32,000 nt of DNA. It comes from Nitrososphaera viennensis EN76. Its GTDB lineage: Archaea; Thermoproteota; Nitrososphaeria; Nitrososphaerales; Nitrososphaeraceae. The stretch lies in contig NZ_CP007536.1 in assembly GCF_000698785.1 (NCBI RefSeq), positions 1,350,001 to 1,382,000 on the forward strand, written 5' to 3'. The position numbers were made by a program, and so were the translations under genes. Within the stretch, counting starts at the first letter, position 1; the number at the start of each line of letters is the position of its first letter. Shown one piece after another: positions 15,300 to 24,242 of this stretch. The notes under the pieces were generated by a model that saw only the letters and a program-made list of their open reading frames with translations, had not been told where the DNA came from and did no database searches.

Positions 15300-16427
15300 T
15301 TGCAAGGCAGGCTGCTCCAGGAATTCTTGAAAAAGTCCGACATCAGCGACGTGCTGGACAGCGCGCTGGCCGGAAAAAGGCCGCTTGGCCTTGACGACTG
15401 CATACGGCTTGTGAAATCCGACGACGCCTACTCGATGGGCCTTGCCGCAAACATACTGCGCCAGAGGCTCTTTGGCGACAGGATAACTTTTGTAAATAAC
15501 ATCATACTCAACTACACCAACGTCTGCGTGACGTACTGCAAGTTCTGCGCGTTCTACAGGCCGCCGGGGCACGAAGAGTCGTACACGGTGCCCAAGGAGG
15601 AGATTGTAAGGCGCGTCGCCACTTCGAGAGAGATGTTTGGCATCACGCAGGTGCTCATACAGGGCGGGCACAACCCGAACCTGAAGATAGAATACTACGA
15701 GGACGCCTTCAGGGCGATGAAGGAAAAGTGCCCGGAGGTCGGCATCCACGGGCTTTCGCCCTCCGAGGTTGACATGATAGCCAAGGTGGAAAGGAGCAGC
15801 ACAAAAGAAGTGCTTTCAAGGCTAAAGGCAGCAGGCATGGACACCTTTGCCGGGGCGGGCGCCGAGATTTTGGAGGACAGCGTCAAGGAGCAGATAAGCC
15901 CATTAAAGATCAAAAGCGGCGAGTGGCTCCGCATAATGGAGGAGGCGCACAACGCGGGATTAAAGTCGGTTGCTACCATGATGTACGGCACGGTCGAGAC
16001 AGAAGAGGATCGGGCAAGGCACATACTGAAGATAATGAAGCTCCAGGAAAAGACGGGAGGCTTTGTCTGCTTTATCCCCTGGAGCTTTGAGCCAAACAAC
16101 ACAGAGATGCAGGCGCAGGGGCTGATAAAATACCCGTCCGGCGGCCTGCAGCTCTTGAAAATGATAGCGATTTCAAGGATAATGTTCTACGGCCTCATCG
16201 ACCACCTGCAGTCGTCGTGGCTGACAAACGGAATAGGCATGGCACAGCTGGCGCTGAACCACGGCGCCGATGACTTCGGGGGAACGCTGATAGGAGAGGA
16301 AGTGGTGAGCGCAACTGGCGCGCGCTCGACGGAACTGACGTCGGACAGGATAGTAGCCGCGATAAAGCAGGCAGGATACAGGCCGGCCGAGCGGGACAAC
16401 TTGTACAGGACAGTCAGGAACTTTTAA
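15300..16427 (+). CDS. Radical SAM enzyme of the MqnC/MqnE (futalosine pathway) / CofH-like family, paralog of 14092..15210
   Basis: 375 aa with NYTNVCVTYCKFCAFY and QGGHNP. It is divergently transcribed from its paralog. The listed start is TTG. Confidence 0.8.
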   Translation: MQGRLLQEFLKKSDISDVLDSALAGKRPLGLDDCIRLVKSDDAYSMGLAANILRQRLFGDRITFVNNIILNYTNVCVTYCKFCAFYRPPGHEESYTVPKEEIVRRVATSREMFGITQVLIQGGHNPNLKIEYYEDAFRAMKEKCPEVGIHGLSPSEVDMIAKVERSSTKEVLSRLKAAGMDTFAGAGAEILEDSVKEQISPLKIKSGEWLRIMEEAHNAGLKSVATMMYGTVETEEDRARHILKIMKLQEKTGGFVCFIPWSFEPNNTEMQAQGLIKYPSGGLQLLKMIAISRIMFYGLIDHLQSSWLTNGIGMAQLALNHGADDFGGTLIGEEVVSATGARSTELTSDRIVAAIKQAGYRPAERDNLYRTVRNF

Positions 16428-16439
16428 TTCAAAAAAAAG

Positions 16440-17390
16440 TTACCGCCAATCGTCTACAAGATAGACGTCTTTTCTGTCGTAGCCTGGTTCATCGGGCCTG
16501 TGCATGGCAACTCCTTGTATGTCGGTGCAGAACTTGCGTGCAATCATTCTCCTGTATGCGTCATGACGGCCCGTGTTGACGCCGGCAACGATGCGCGACA
16601 AGCCCTGCGAGCCTGCAAAAGACTCGCAAGCATCCAGCAGGCGCTCAAAGCGTTCGGCAGAGCCCTGGCCGGGCGCGGAGGCACCAAACTTGACGTAGCA
16701 ATTCCCGCTGCCGGCCTCTGTCCCGGGCCCGCAATGGCAGATTGCAAGGCCTGCCAGAGAGCCACTGTCATCATAGATCAGGATTGTGTCTCCAAGCCCT
16801 TGCTTGTCAACAGAGTAGATTTCCTTTCTCAAGTCTAGTCCGTCGTAGATATTACCTGTCAGAGTTTTGCACGCCTCAATGGCCGGCTCTTTTTCAGCTC
16901 CGGTTAATTGTGAGTAGCGAGCCATCTTGGCTGCACTTGGGGCCTTGTCGACGGGCTTTGACATTATCGCCGTCAGGAAGCGGGGCCAAAAGCCAAACTT
17001 TTGGTACAGGTGGACGTGCTTGCTGCTCTGGGCAAACGTAAAGAGGCCGGCGTGGGTTACCTGCCATCTTGCAAAAATGTCCATCGTCTCTTCAAGGAGG
17101 CGCCTTGCCACGCCCTTGTCCCAAAAGTCTGGATGTATGGTCAGCGGCCCAAACACGCCTACGCTGCCCCAGTGCAGCGCGAAGTTCGAGCCTGCAATTT
17201 TGCCGCCAACTTCTGCCACAAGCGCGGCAGACGGGTCGGCGCGATAGCGGGTATAGACGTAATCGGCGTCGCCGGCAAAAGACATCGGGTCGGGCAGGCC
17301 AATAAATGTGCCAAAGGCAAGCCTCATTATCCTGTCCGCCTCCTGCAAGTCACTTTCCCGCATACGCCGAACTGTCACGTCAAAAGCCAA
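16440..17390 (-). CDS. GNAT-family N-acetyltransferase with a C-terminal extension
   Basis: 316 aa. The GNAT core reads LTIHPDFWDKGVARRLLEE...LYQKFGF. The listed start is TTG, and the ATG nine codons downstream (MRESDL) is an alternative. It lies 18 nt downstream of the UbiD-like gene. Confidence 0.7.
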   Translation of the reverse strand: MAFDVTVRRMRESDLQEADRIMRLAFGTFIGLPDPMSFAGDADYVYTRYRADPSAALVAEVGGKIAGSNFALHWGSVGVFGPLTIHPDFWDKGVARRLLEETMDIFARWQVTHAGLFTFAQSSKHVHLYQKFGFWPRFLTAIMSKPVDKAPSAAKMARYSQLTGAEKEPAIEACKTLTGNIYDGLDLRKEIYSVDKQGLGDTILIYDDSGSLAGLAICHCGPGTEAGSGNCYVKFGASAPGQGSAERFERLLDACESFAGSQGLSRIVAGVNTGRHDAYRRMIARKFCTDIQGVAMHRPDEPGYDRKDVYLVDDWR

Positions 17391-17408
17391 CGCATTTCCT
17401 CCTTCTTC

Positions 17409-18866
17409 TTATGAGCCAAAGTACTCGTGCCATCGCCTGTCGACAAGCGCCTTTGTCTCGTCATCTACAACTGCCAACTGCTGTATCTCGCGCATGTAGC
17501 CTTCCTCCCTCGTCTTTTGCGTCGCGTCGATTCCCATCTTTGAGCCAAGGTTGACAAGCGGCGACGCAGGGTCGAGCGTGTCGGTTGGCGTGTTGCTGAT
17601 GATGACCGTGTCGCGCGCGGCATCTGCGCGCGTGGTCACCGCCCATATCACGTCGTTTGCATCGTGCACGTCCACGTCGCTGTCGACTACCACGAACATC
17701 TTGGTCAGCGCAAGCTGGCCCATGCCCCACAGGCCCATCATCACCTTCTTGGCCTGGCCGGGGTACGTCTTCTTTATCGATATCACGGCAAGGCCCTGGA
17801 ACCAGCCGGCGCCCGGCATGGAAAAGTCAACCACCTCCGGGTGGAACATCTGTATCAGAGGCAGAAACGACCGCTCGATCACCTTGCCGATGTAGGCGTC
17901 TTCCAGCACCGGCTTGCCCACCACTGTCGTCAGGTATATCGGGTTTCTGCGCCTCATGATTCCCGTCAATGTAAAAGTGGGAAAGGGCTCTGCAGGCGTG
18001 TAATAGCCCGTGTGGTCGCCAAAGGGCCCTTCCATGCGCATGTCGTTTGGATCGACGTACCCTTCTAGCACGATCTCGGCGTTTGCAGGCACTTCGAGGT
18101 CAACCGTCCTGCACTTGACAAGTTTCACCCCTTTCTTTCTGGTGATGCCGGAAAACAGATACTTGTCCATGCCTTCTGGCACCGGCGCGACTGCGGAAAA
18201 CACGGTCGCAGGGTCTGCACCGATAACAATCGCGGCCTGTATCTTTTTGTTCTGCTCCTTTAGCATCCTGTAATGCTGCGCGCCGCGCTTGTGGGTCTGC
18301 CAGTGCATTATCGCGTGCTTGTCATCGACAATCTGTACGCGGTAGACCCCGAGGTTGCGGATCTCTGTCTCAGGGTGCTTTGTTACCGTCATGCCAAAGG
18401 TGATGAACCTGCCTGCGTCGCCGGCAAACGACTTTAGTACCGGAAGCGAGTTGAAGGACGCTTTATCGCCTTCAATGACCTCCGTGACAGGACCTTTGTC
18501 CTCGTATTTCGGACCGTACTCGCCAATCTCTGACAGCTTGGGCAGCATCTTTAGTTTGTTGAGCATGCCTGACGGCATCTTCATCCTTGTCAGGTCGACG
18601 ATGCGCTGGCCAATGTCCACAAAGTCCTCCGATTCAAGCGCCAGCTGCAGGCGCTTCATGGTGCCAAAGGCGTTTCCGAGGACCTGCATGTCGGACCCTT
18701 CCACGTTCTCAAAGAGCACCGCCGGCTGGTCGCCCTTGTACATGAGCCGGCGCATCACCTCTGCTATTTCGAGGTCTGCGCTAACCTTTGCCTTTACGCG
18801 TTTCAGCTCGCCCGCCCTTTCCAGGGCATCAACGTACTCGCCGAGGCTTTCAAACGGCATGTGCAA
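17409..18866 (-). CDS. UbiD-family decarboxylase (menaquinone-biosynthesis type)
   Basis: 485 aa, colinear with UbiD (LEIAEVMRRL..., GVYRVQI, MHWQTHKRGA, GPFGDHTGYY). Confidence 0.9.
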   Translation of the reverse strand: MHMPFESLGEYVDALERAGELKRVKAKVSADLEIAEVMRRLMYKGDQPAVLFENVEGSDMQVLGNAFGTMKRLQLALESEDFVDIGQRIVDLTRMKMPSGMLNKLKMLPKLSEIGEYGPKYEDKGPVTEVIEGDKASFNSLPVLKSFAGDAGRFITFGMTVTKHPETEIRNLGVYRVQIVDDKHAIMHWQTHKRGAQHYRMLKEQNKKIQAAIVIGADPATVFSAVAPVPEGMDKYLFSGITRKKGVKLVKCRTVDLEVPANAEIVLEGYVDPNDMRMEGPFGDHTGYYTPAEPFPTFTLTGIMRRRNPIYLTTVVGKPVLEDAYIGKVIERSFLPLIQMFHPEVVDFSMPGAGWFQGLAVISIKKTYPGQAKKVMMGLWGMGQLALTKMFVVVDSDVDVHDANDVIWAVTTRADAARDTVIISNTPTDTLDPASPLVNLGSKMGIDATQKTREEGYMREIQQLAVVDDETKALVDRRWHEYFGS

Positions 18867-18880
18867 AAGACTATCCTTTT

Positions 18881-19285
18881 TTATTTCATGAACTTGCCCG
18901 TGTTCTTGCGCACAAGCGGGATTATCTTTTTCATGATGATGCCGTGCACCTTGTCGCCCGACTTGACGTCAAACGAAAGCAGCATGACGTAGTACAGCCG
19001 GCTGTTCTCGTCGGCTATGGGTATCGTGGCTCGGATGAGTTTTGCATAGTGCGACGAGGCGTAGTCTATCTTGCCAAGGAGGTACTCCCACCGAAGGCGC
19101 GTGTACTGGCGCGTGGCGGCCGTGATGGCGTACTGGGCGCGCTCTTCAGGCGTCAAGAGAGGCTTTAGACCTTTTCTCTCGGCTGTTGCCACCAGCTTGC
19201 CGTCCTCGTCGGCGATCCCTGCAAACCTTATCGCGGGGTCAAGCGATACTACCTTGTCGCAGATGTTCTGGAAAAATTGATTCAT
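18881..19285 (-). CDS. Hypothetical protein, first gene of the UbiD-GNAT transcription unit
   Basis: 134-aa ORF with coding-like composition, 14 nt upstream of the UbiD gene. No family was recognised. Confidence 0.5.
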   Translation of the reverse strand: MNQFFQNICDKVVSLDPAIRFAGIADEDGKLVATAERKGLKPLLTPEERAQYAITAATRQYTRLRWEYLLGKIDYASSHYAKLIRATIPIADENSRLYYVMLLSFDVKSGDKVHGIIMKKIIPLVRKNTGKFMK

Positions 19286-19339
19286 TCTCAGCGTCCCGGG
19301 CGACTAGGCGGTATATTTGATTTTCCTGTAGACAGGAGC

Positions 19340-20044
19340 GGCTCCGTTAACTTAGCCACCATCCTTGGCCAGGAATGTCATAAACCGTATCATGTCTGCG
19401 CCCATATGCAGGTACAGTAAAAATAATTTGAACCAGTTCCAGACATGCTGTCTGTCACAATTCTCCTTCCTGCATGGAAAGTGGTCGTCAAAACACTCCG
19501 TCCTGTCCTTGATATGCTGTATAAACCGCTCCATCAAATTCTTCAATTCTGTACCGTACACATAATGGCGTAATCTGAGCCACCTGCAAGCATCATTGTA
19601 CCACTGAGCACCGTCTGTGAATATCGGCCTCCTTCCATACCTCCTTTGCAACTGCTTGAAGAACTGGTAACATACGAAAATGGTCCTCTCACGAGACAGA
19701 TGCATCATCAAGCATGTGCCAATAGTTGGTTCGTACGCTATCCATAGCCAATAGTCATGCCCATCTATCTGCAATAGTGTTTCGTCAACAAATATTGCCC
19801 TGACAAGGCGTCTGTCTGTCCGGAACCTGTCTGCAAGGCTGGAATATTTCTGTACCCATTTCCATACAGCAACGTGGCTCCTTCTCTTTATTGGTGATAG
19901 CGATCTGGCTGCCAGCCGAAAGCTCCTAGAATTAAAATACAGGTACAGTGCATATCTGATTATAGCTGGGTCTGTCCTCTTTCTCATGCCAATGAAAAGC
20001 TAGGACAGTCCTAGCTATACAGATTACCCTAAGTTAACAGAGCC
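19340..20044 (-). mobile_element. Complete IS6-family insertion sequence (705 bp)
   Basis: Terminal inverted repeats are GGCTCCGTTAACTTAG (19340-19355) and CTAAGTTAACAGAGCC (20029-20044), matching at 15/16. They are flanked by the 8-bp direct repeat ACAGGAGC (19332-19339 and 20045-20052). It carries a single DDE transposase gene and is visibly AT-richer than its flanks. Confidence 0.9.
19352..19987 (-). CDS. IS6-family DDE transposase
   Basis: 211 aa. FVDETLLQIDGHDYWLWIAYE, IFTDGAQWY and NLMERFIQHIKDR supply the D, D and E with IS6-like spacing. Confidence 0.85.
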   Translation of the reverse strand: MRKRTDPAIIRYALYLYFNSRSFRLAARSLSPIKRRSHVAVWKWVQKYSSLADRFRTDRRLVRAIFVDETLLQIDGHDYWLWIAYEPTIGTCLMMHLSRERTIFVCYQFFKQLQRRYGRRPIFTDGAQWYNDACRWLRLRHYVYGTELKNLMERFIQHIKDRTECFDDHFPCRKENCDRQHVWNWFKLFLLYLHMGADMIRFMTFLAKDGG

Positions 20045-20096
20045 ACAGGAGCCAAGCAAATACTTAAATGGGTTAGACGGAACGGTACCTTTCACT

Positions 20097-20477
20097 TTGT
20101 CGCAGGAAGCAGTAATAATGATCGAGGACCGCAAGAACTCGCTTTTGAGCAGGCGCGAGGTAAAGGCGCTGTTCAGGGGAGCCGCCGGCAAGCTGAAAAA
20201 GACTGAGGCGGCCGAGCAGATAGCGAGCCAGCTTGGGGTCGACAAAAAGAAAGTTATCCCAATAAACCTTGTATGCGAGACAGGAATGACCGACGTGCAC
20301 GCAGTTTTCTACGTCTATGAGAACGAGGAGGCGGCAAAGAAGCAGCTGCCCAGATATCGTCTGCTCCGCACCATGCCAAAAGCTGACAGGAAAAAGCTGC
20401 TCGACGAGGAAAAGGCGGCAAAGCTGAAGGCCAAGCAGGCGGCGGCCGCTGACGTCAAGGGAGGCGCCAAGAAGTAG
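20097..20477 (+). CDS. rps24e: 30S ribosomal protein S24e
   Basis: IEDRKNSLLSRREVK...VHAVFYVYENEEAAKK..P.Y is typical of S24e, with a Lys/Ala-rich tail. The listed start is TTG, and the ATG at 20118 (MIEDRKN) is more likely. Confidence 0.85.
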   Translation: MSQEAVIMIEDRKNSLLSRREVKALFRGAAGKLKKTEAAEQIASQLGVDKKKVIPINLVCETGMTDVHAVFYVYENEEAAKKQLPRYRLLRTMPKADRKKLLDEEKAAKLKAKQAAAADVKGGAKK

Positions 20478-20478
20478 C

Positions 20479-20688
20479 ATGGCAGACAAGAAAGCCCCGG
20501 CGAAGGGAGAGGTTTCAGTCTACAAGTTCTACAAGGTAGAGGGCAACAAGGTCACGAGGAACAAGCGCGAATGCCTAAAGTGCGGCAAGGGCGTGTTCAT
20601 GGCCGAGCACAAGGACCGCTTTACGTGCGGCAAGTGCGGCTATACAGAGTTCGCACGCAAGGAAGCGCCCAAGAAGGGCAAAAAGTAG
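20479..20688 (+). CDS. rps27ae: 30S ribosomal protein S27ae
   Basis: 69 aa with the zinc ribbon CLKCGKG...CGKCGY, immediately after rps24e as in many archaea. Confidence 0.9.
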   Translation: MADKKAPAKGEVSVYKFYKVEGNKVTRNKRECLKCGKGVFMAEHKDRFTCGKCGYTEFARKEAPKKGKK

Positions 20689-20697
20689 CAGCAGCCT

Positions 20698-22353
20698 TTA
20701 GATGCTGCGGGCCACGTTTTTGATCGCCCGGGCTACCTGCGGCGACAGGACAGGTAAAAAGTTCTCGATGTAGCGCTTGCTTTGCGCAAGCCGTCCGGCT
20801 ACTTTTTCATTTCCATACCCTTCCAGAAACTCGGCTGCCACCTTTGCTGCCGCCGGCGCGTTTGTGTTTCCCTTCAGGCCCCAGCACACAAACTGCGCAA
20901 GGTCCCACGCGGGGTCTCCTCCCTCAAAGACAAACTGCTCAAGGTCTGTGAACCATAGCTGCTGCTCATTGTCACCTGCGATCACGTTCTTGGGCTTGAT
21001 GTTGCCAAAGCAAGCGCCTGCGGCATGGACGATTGCAACCTGCCTTCCAGCCTCCCTGATTATTGCAAGGCCCTCCTTTCCAGCAAGCGCGCCCCGGATA
21101 ATGCCGGCAAGGCTCGTGCCGTCCATGAACCGGGTTGCAAGAATCCGCCTGTCAAGGACCACTGCCTCTATTTCCGGCGTCCTTAGCCCCAGCGTGCGCA
21201 GGTACCGGATTGCACGATATTCGGTGCCGAGTCGGAACATCGGGTCGACCTTGAATTTTTTTACCTGTGCGGTCCACATGCTGAGAGCCGCCCACTTGAC
21301 CGACTTTGTGCGGGCAAGCTCTTTTGCGGCTATTTTCAGCTCATTCTTTCCGTCGTCGTGCTTTAGCGTGTAGAGCATCGTCCTGCTGTTTGGGTTGCCG
21401 AGCCGGCGCTTTTTCGCAGAATATTCTGAAATGCCGTGCGCCTCTGCAACGGCGTCAAGCCAATCCTCTTTATGCCTGTCAGCTGCTGCCGCTACAAGCA
21501 CGCCCTCGGGTATCTTCCAGTAGGCGCACGCAGGGCAGGCAAGAAACGGCGGGAACTCGATGGGCTGGCGGATGTGGCGCCGGATCTTGGACTCTGCCTC
21601 CTTGGCCGCAAGGTGAAATGTATGCCTGCCGGCGTACGAGTGGATGACGTACGAGCTGATGAAATGACGGAGCTTTTTTGTCAGCAGGAGCGCCGGCCCG
21701 CCCCGCGCAAACCTGACGCGCTCTTTGGACAGCCGGAGCATCTGGCCGTCGATCATTAACAGCCCGGGGTCTTCAATCACAATGTCGGCAAGCGCCCGCC
21801 GGTAGCCCTGCATGGCAAAGTCCAGGTTGCGCGGGCTTACCGTGTATGTCTTGAAGTAGCTGTATACAGCGTTCGGGTACATCGCCGCGCGGCGCCTTAC
21901 CTTGGAAAAGGCGATGTATTCCAGCGGGAATGATATTTCCGTGGCAAGGGCGCTTGTCGACTTGACAAGCTCCTGCAGCTCCTCAAGTATCACCCGGCGC
22001 TTGTAGGTTCTTTCGACCTCTGAAAAGAACTCCGGGTTTGCTATCGGCTCGTAGACGTGCAGGAGCCGGCCGGCCACGAACTCGCCCATGTGCGCGCTCT
22101 TGGCGTCCCTTTCAAGCGACTTTTTGTCCACGACAAGGGCCGAAACGTCGACGCCGGATTCCTTCATGTAGGCGTACTTTACCCTGTACGGATAGTTTTC
22201 AAGGACGACCATGACGTCGATGTCGCTGTCCTGCCGGGCATAGCCTGCGGCCTTTGATCCATAGATGCACGCCGCGGCCACCTTGCGGCCCCTGGCGACT
22301 CTGTCCATGCATTTTTGCAGCGCTTCAAGTTCTGCCGGCGACACGCTAGACAT
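20698..22353 (-). CDS. Fusion protein: N-terminal Pol-beta-type nucleotidyltransferase domain plus C-terminal Bud32/RIO-like kinase-fold domain
   Basis: The N-terminus has YGSKAAGYARQDSDIDVMVV (GS...DxD). The C-terminal 200 aa aligns by eye to the Bud32/RIO layout (EYRAIRYLRTLGLRTPE, ATRFMDGTSL, IVHAAGACFGNIKPKNVI, WFTDLEQF). The position of the HGD catalytic Asp reads FGN. Confidence 0.6.
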   Translation of the reverse strand: MSSVSPAELEALQKCMDRVARGRKVAAACIYGSKAAGYARQDSDIDVMVVLENYPYRVKYAYMKESGVDVSALVVDKKSLERDAKSAHMGEFVAGRLLHVYEPIANPEFFSEVERTYKRRVILEELQELVKSTSALATEISFPLEYIAFSKVRRRAAMYPNAVYSYFKTYTVSPRNLDFAMQGYRRALADIVIEDPGLLMIDGQMLRLSKERVRFARGGPALLLTKKLRHFISSYVIHSYAGRHTFHLAAKEAESKIRRHIRQPIEFPPFLACPACAYWKIPEGVLVAAAADRHKEDWLDAVAEAHGISEYSAKKRRLGNPNSRTMLYTLKHDDGKNELKIAAKELARTKSVKWAALSMWTAQVKKFKVDPMFRLGTEYRAIRYLRTLGLRTPEIEAVVLDRRILATRFMDGTSLAGIIRGALAGKEGLAIIREAGRQVAIVHAAGACFGNIKPKNVIAGDNEQQLWFTDLEQFVFEGGDPAWDLAQFVCWGLKGNTNAPAAAKVAAEFLEGYGNEKVAGRLAQSKRYIENFLPVLSPQVARAIKNVARSI

Positions 22354-23101
22354 AGCCGGTCTGGCTTTTTCGCTTGCGCAGTTTCATGCTTTCAAACTCG
22401 GCTATCTTGTCCCGGATTGCCTGCTCTACCTGCAGGCGCGCCATCGCCTGCACTGGTATCTTGATCACGTTTGCGTCTATCGGCACCTTGACCGTCGGGA
22501 GGCCCTTGTCCATCCACAGCTTTATCGACTTGTCCTCCAGCTTGTAGTCCCGGAAACCCTCGGGGAAGCGGGTCGTGATGTGCTTTAGAAGGGTGGGGTC
22601 CGACTTGAACACCGCGCGCTCTTCGAGGAGCTTGCCAGAATCGGCGTACCGGCCCTCAAAGAGCGTGCCGGATATCTCGTCAGAGATGACGTTCATCTTG
22701 ACTATCCTGCTCACAAGCTCAAGATAGTGCAGAAACTCGTGCGCCAGAATCGCGTGTATGGTACCTTTCAGCCCAAATGCCACCAGCGGCGCAGTCAGCT
22801 GCACGACCACGCGAAGGAGGTTGTCCTCGCCTATCACGGGGATCGTGCGGGCGAAAAAGACGCCAAACTGTGCAAACTCGGCCGCCGACGTGGAAACCAC
22901 CATCGATGGCTCGACGTAAAAGTACGGGTATTTCAGCCCCGACGCGTCCTCGACCCGCTTTATCCCCTCCTTGACTAGCGGAAAGCGCTCGACGATTAGA
23001 TTGTAGGTTTTTTCAGGGACCTGGCCCGCGCGGGCAGCGTCGTGTACCTTGTAAAGCGGGTCAAAGCTCATCCTTGCATTTCCAGAGCAAGCGTCAGACA
23101 A
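22346..23101 (-). CDS. Putative zinc metallopeptidase-like protein (HExxH)
   Basis: 251 aa with a single AILAHEFLHYLE motif. Its stop overlaps the downstream gene's start by 8 nt. No family was recognised. Confidence 0.5.
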   Translation of the reverse strand: MSDACSGNARMSFDPLYKVHDAARAGQVPEKTYNLIVERFPLVKEGIKRVEDASGLKYPYFYVEPSMVVSTSAAEFAQFGVFFARTIPVIGEDNLLRVVVQLTAPLVAFGLKGTIHAILAHEFLHYLELVSRIVKMNVISDEISGTLFEGRYADSGKLLEERAVFKSDPTLLKHITTRFPEGFRDYKLEDKSIKLWMDKGLPTVKVPIDANVIKIPVQAMARLQVEQAIRDKIAEFESMKLRKRKSQTGYV

Positions 23102-23343
23102 AAACGTTACTGAAAATAGATGTTTGTACAGTGATCGATTATCTAGGTTGCTTGTGTGTGCGCGCGTTTCCAGTGGACTACAAATACAAGCGTAGTTGTA
23201 GATGTTGCTGTTAGTTCTTTTATAGATGCTGTGCGCGGGTACGTGTGTTGCAGCAGAGGCGTGTGCCTGAACTATTCGTTATGTATTAGGAGGCGACCGG
23301 AAATAAAAGACGATGCCGCCAAAAAAGGTTCGAGAGCAAGAAA

Positions 23344-24021
23344 ATGTACTTTATAGTAGCAGTTGCAGCAGGAATCGCCTTAATCTCGGGCACTCTGCTT
23401 GCAGCGAATAACTCCCAAATTTTGCAGCAACCAAAAGTAGCAGCACATGATCCGTCAATTCCAAGCATTTTTCCTCAAACCAATGCAGCCGAGGCTAATC
23501 AATCACTTCTCCCATTCGGACTAACCGGTAAGTTGAGTCTCTACATACTTCCATTAGAATACGGGCAGACCTACAAATCCGGCCAGATAGTAGATAGAAT
23601 TGAAAATCTATTGCCAGGCATGACAGCAGCCCACTATTCCAATCTGGGCGTGTCAGTCCGTGGACAGTATGCCGACGAAAAAGTCTTGATTACTGAACAA
23701 AATCTTGCAAATCTTCCTGAAGATGTACAGCAGCGTTACAGGCCGGGAGATTACGTCGAGATGACGGTGATCAAGCGCCCGGCCGATACAGTGAAGATAT
23801 ACATTGACCCGGCTGTCAAGAGGCACGACGGTACGCCTGTAACCATTGACGACATAAGCCCAGATTGGCAATTCGGGAACGGTATTACATGCTGTGGATT
23901 TTCACTGAAGGATGGCACAGATGTAAGTGCGGTGTTCTTTGTGGTCGATCAGGCTTATGATGCACAAGTCATGAAACAACTCGATGCAATCAAAACTGCA
24001 GCATCAAACCTGACCTCCTGA
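23344..24021 (+). CDS. Membrane-anchored or secreted hypothetical protein
   Basis: 225 aa with an N-terminal hydrophobic segment MYFIVAVAAGIALISGTLLAA. It sits in an AT-richer region and is followed by a T-tract. Confidence 0.55.
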   Translation: MYFIVAVAAGIALISGTLLAANNSQILQQPKVAAHDPSIPSIFPQTNAAEANQSLLPFGLTGKLSLYILPLEYGQTYKSGQIVDRIENLLPGMTAAHYSNLGVSVRGQYADEKVLITEQNLANLPEDVQQRYRPGDYVEMTVIKRPADTVKIYIDPAVKRHDGTPVTIDDISPDWQFGNGITCCGFSLKDGTDVSAVFFVVDQAYDAQVMKQLDAIKTAASNLTS

Positions 24022-24048
24022 GAAACTCTGATCTATGACGACCCATCT

Positions 24049-24068
24049 CTTTCTTTTTTTTCATTCTT
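24049..24068 (+). terminator. Oligo-T tract (archaeal termination signal) after 23344..24021
   Basis: TTTCTTTTTTTTCATTCTTT begins 28 nt after the stop codon. Confidence 0.4.
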
Positions 24069-24242
24069 TATATTCGTGACAGGGTGCAGCACCAGAGATT
24101 ATTTAGGAAACTGGTTGAATACAAATTCTAGTTCTTTATCATATTACATTTGTAAATTGTAGACTAATTTATCATATACATTCTAAAATAATTACCTTCC
24201 AGAGCCATTCTGCTCAAGATTTTATAACTACTTCCGATAGAC

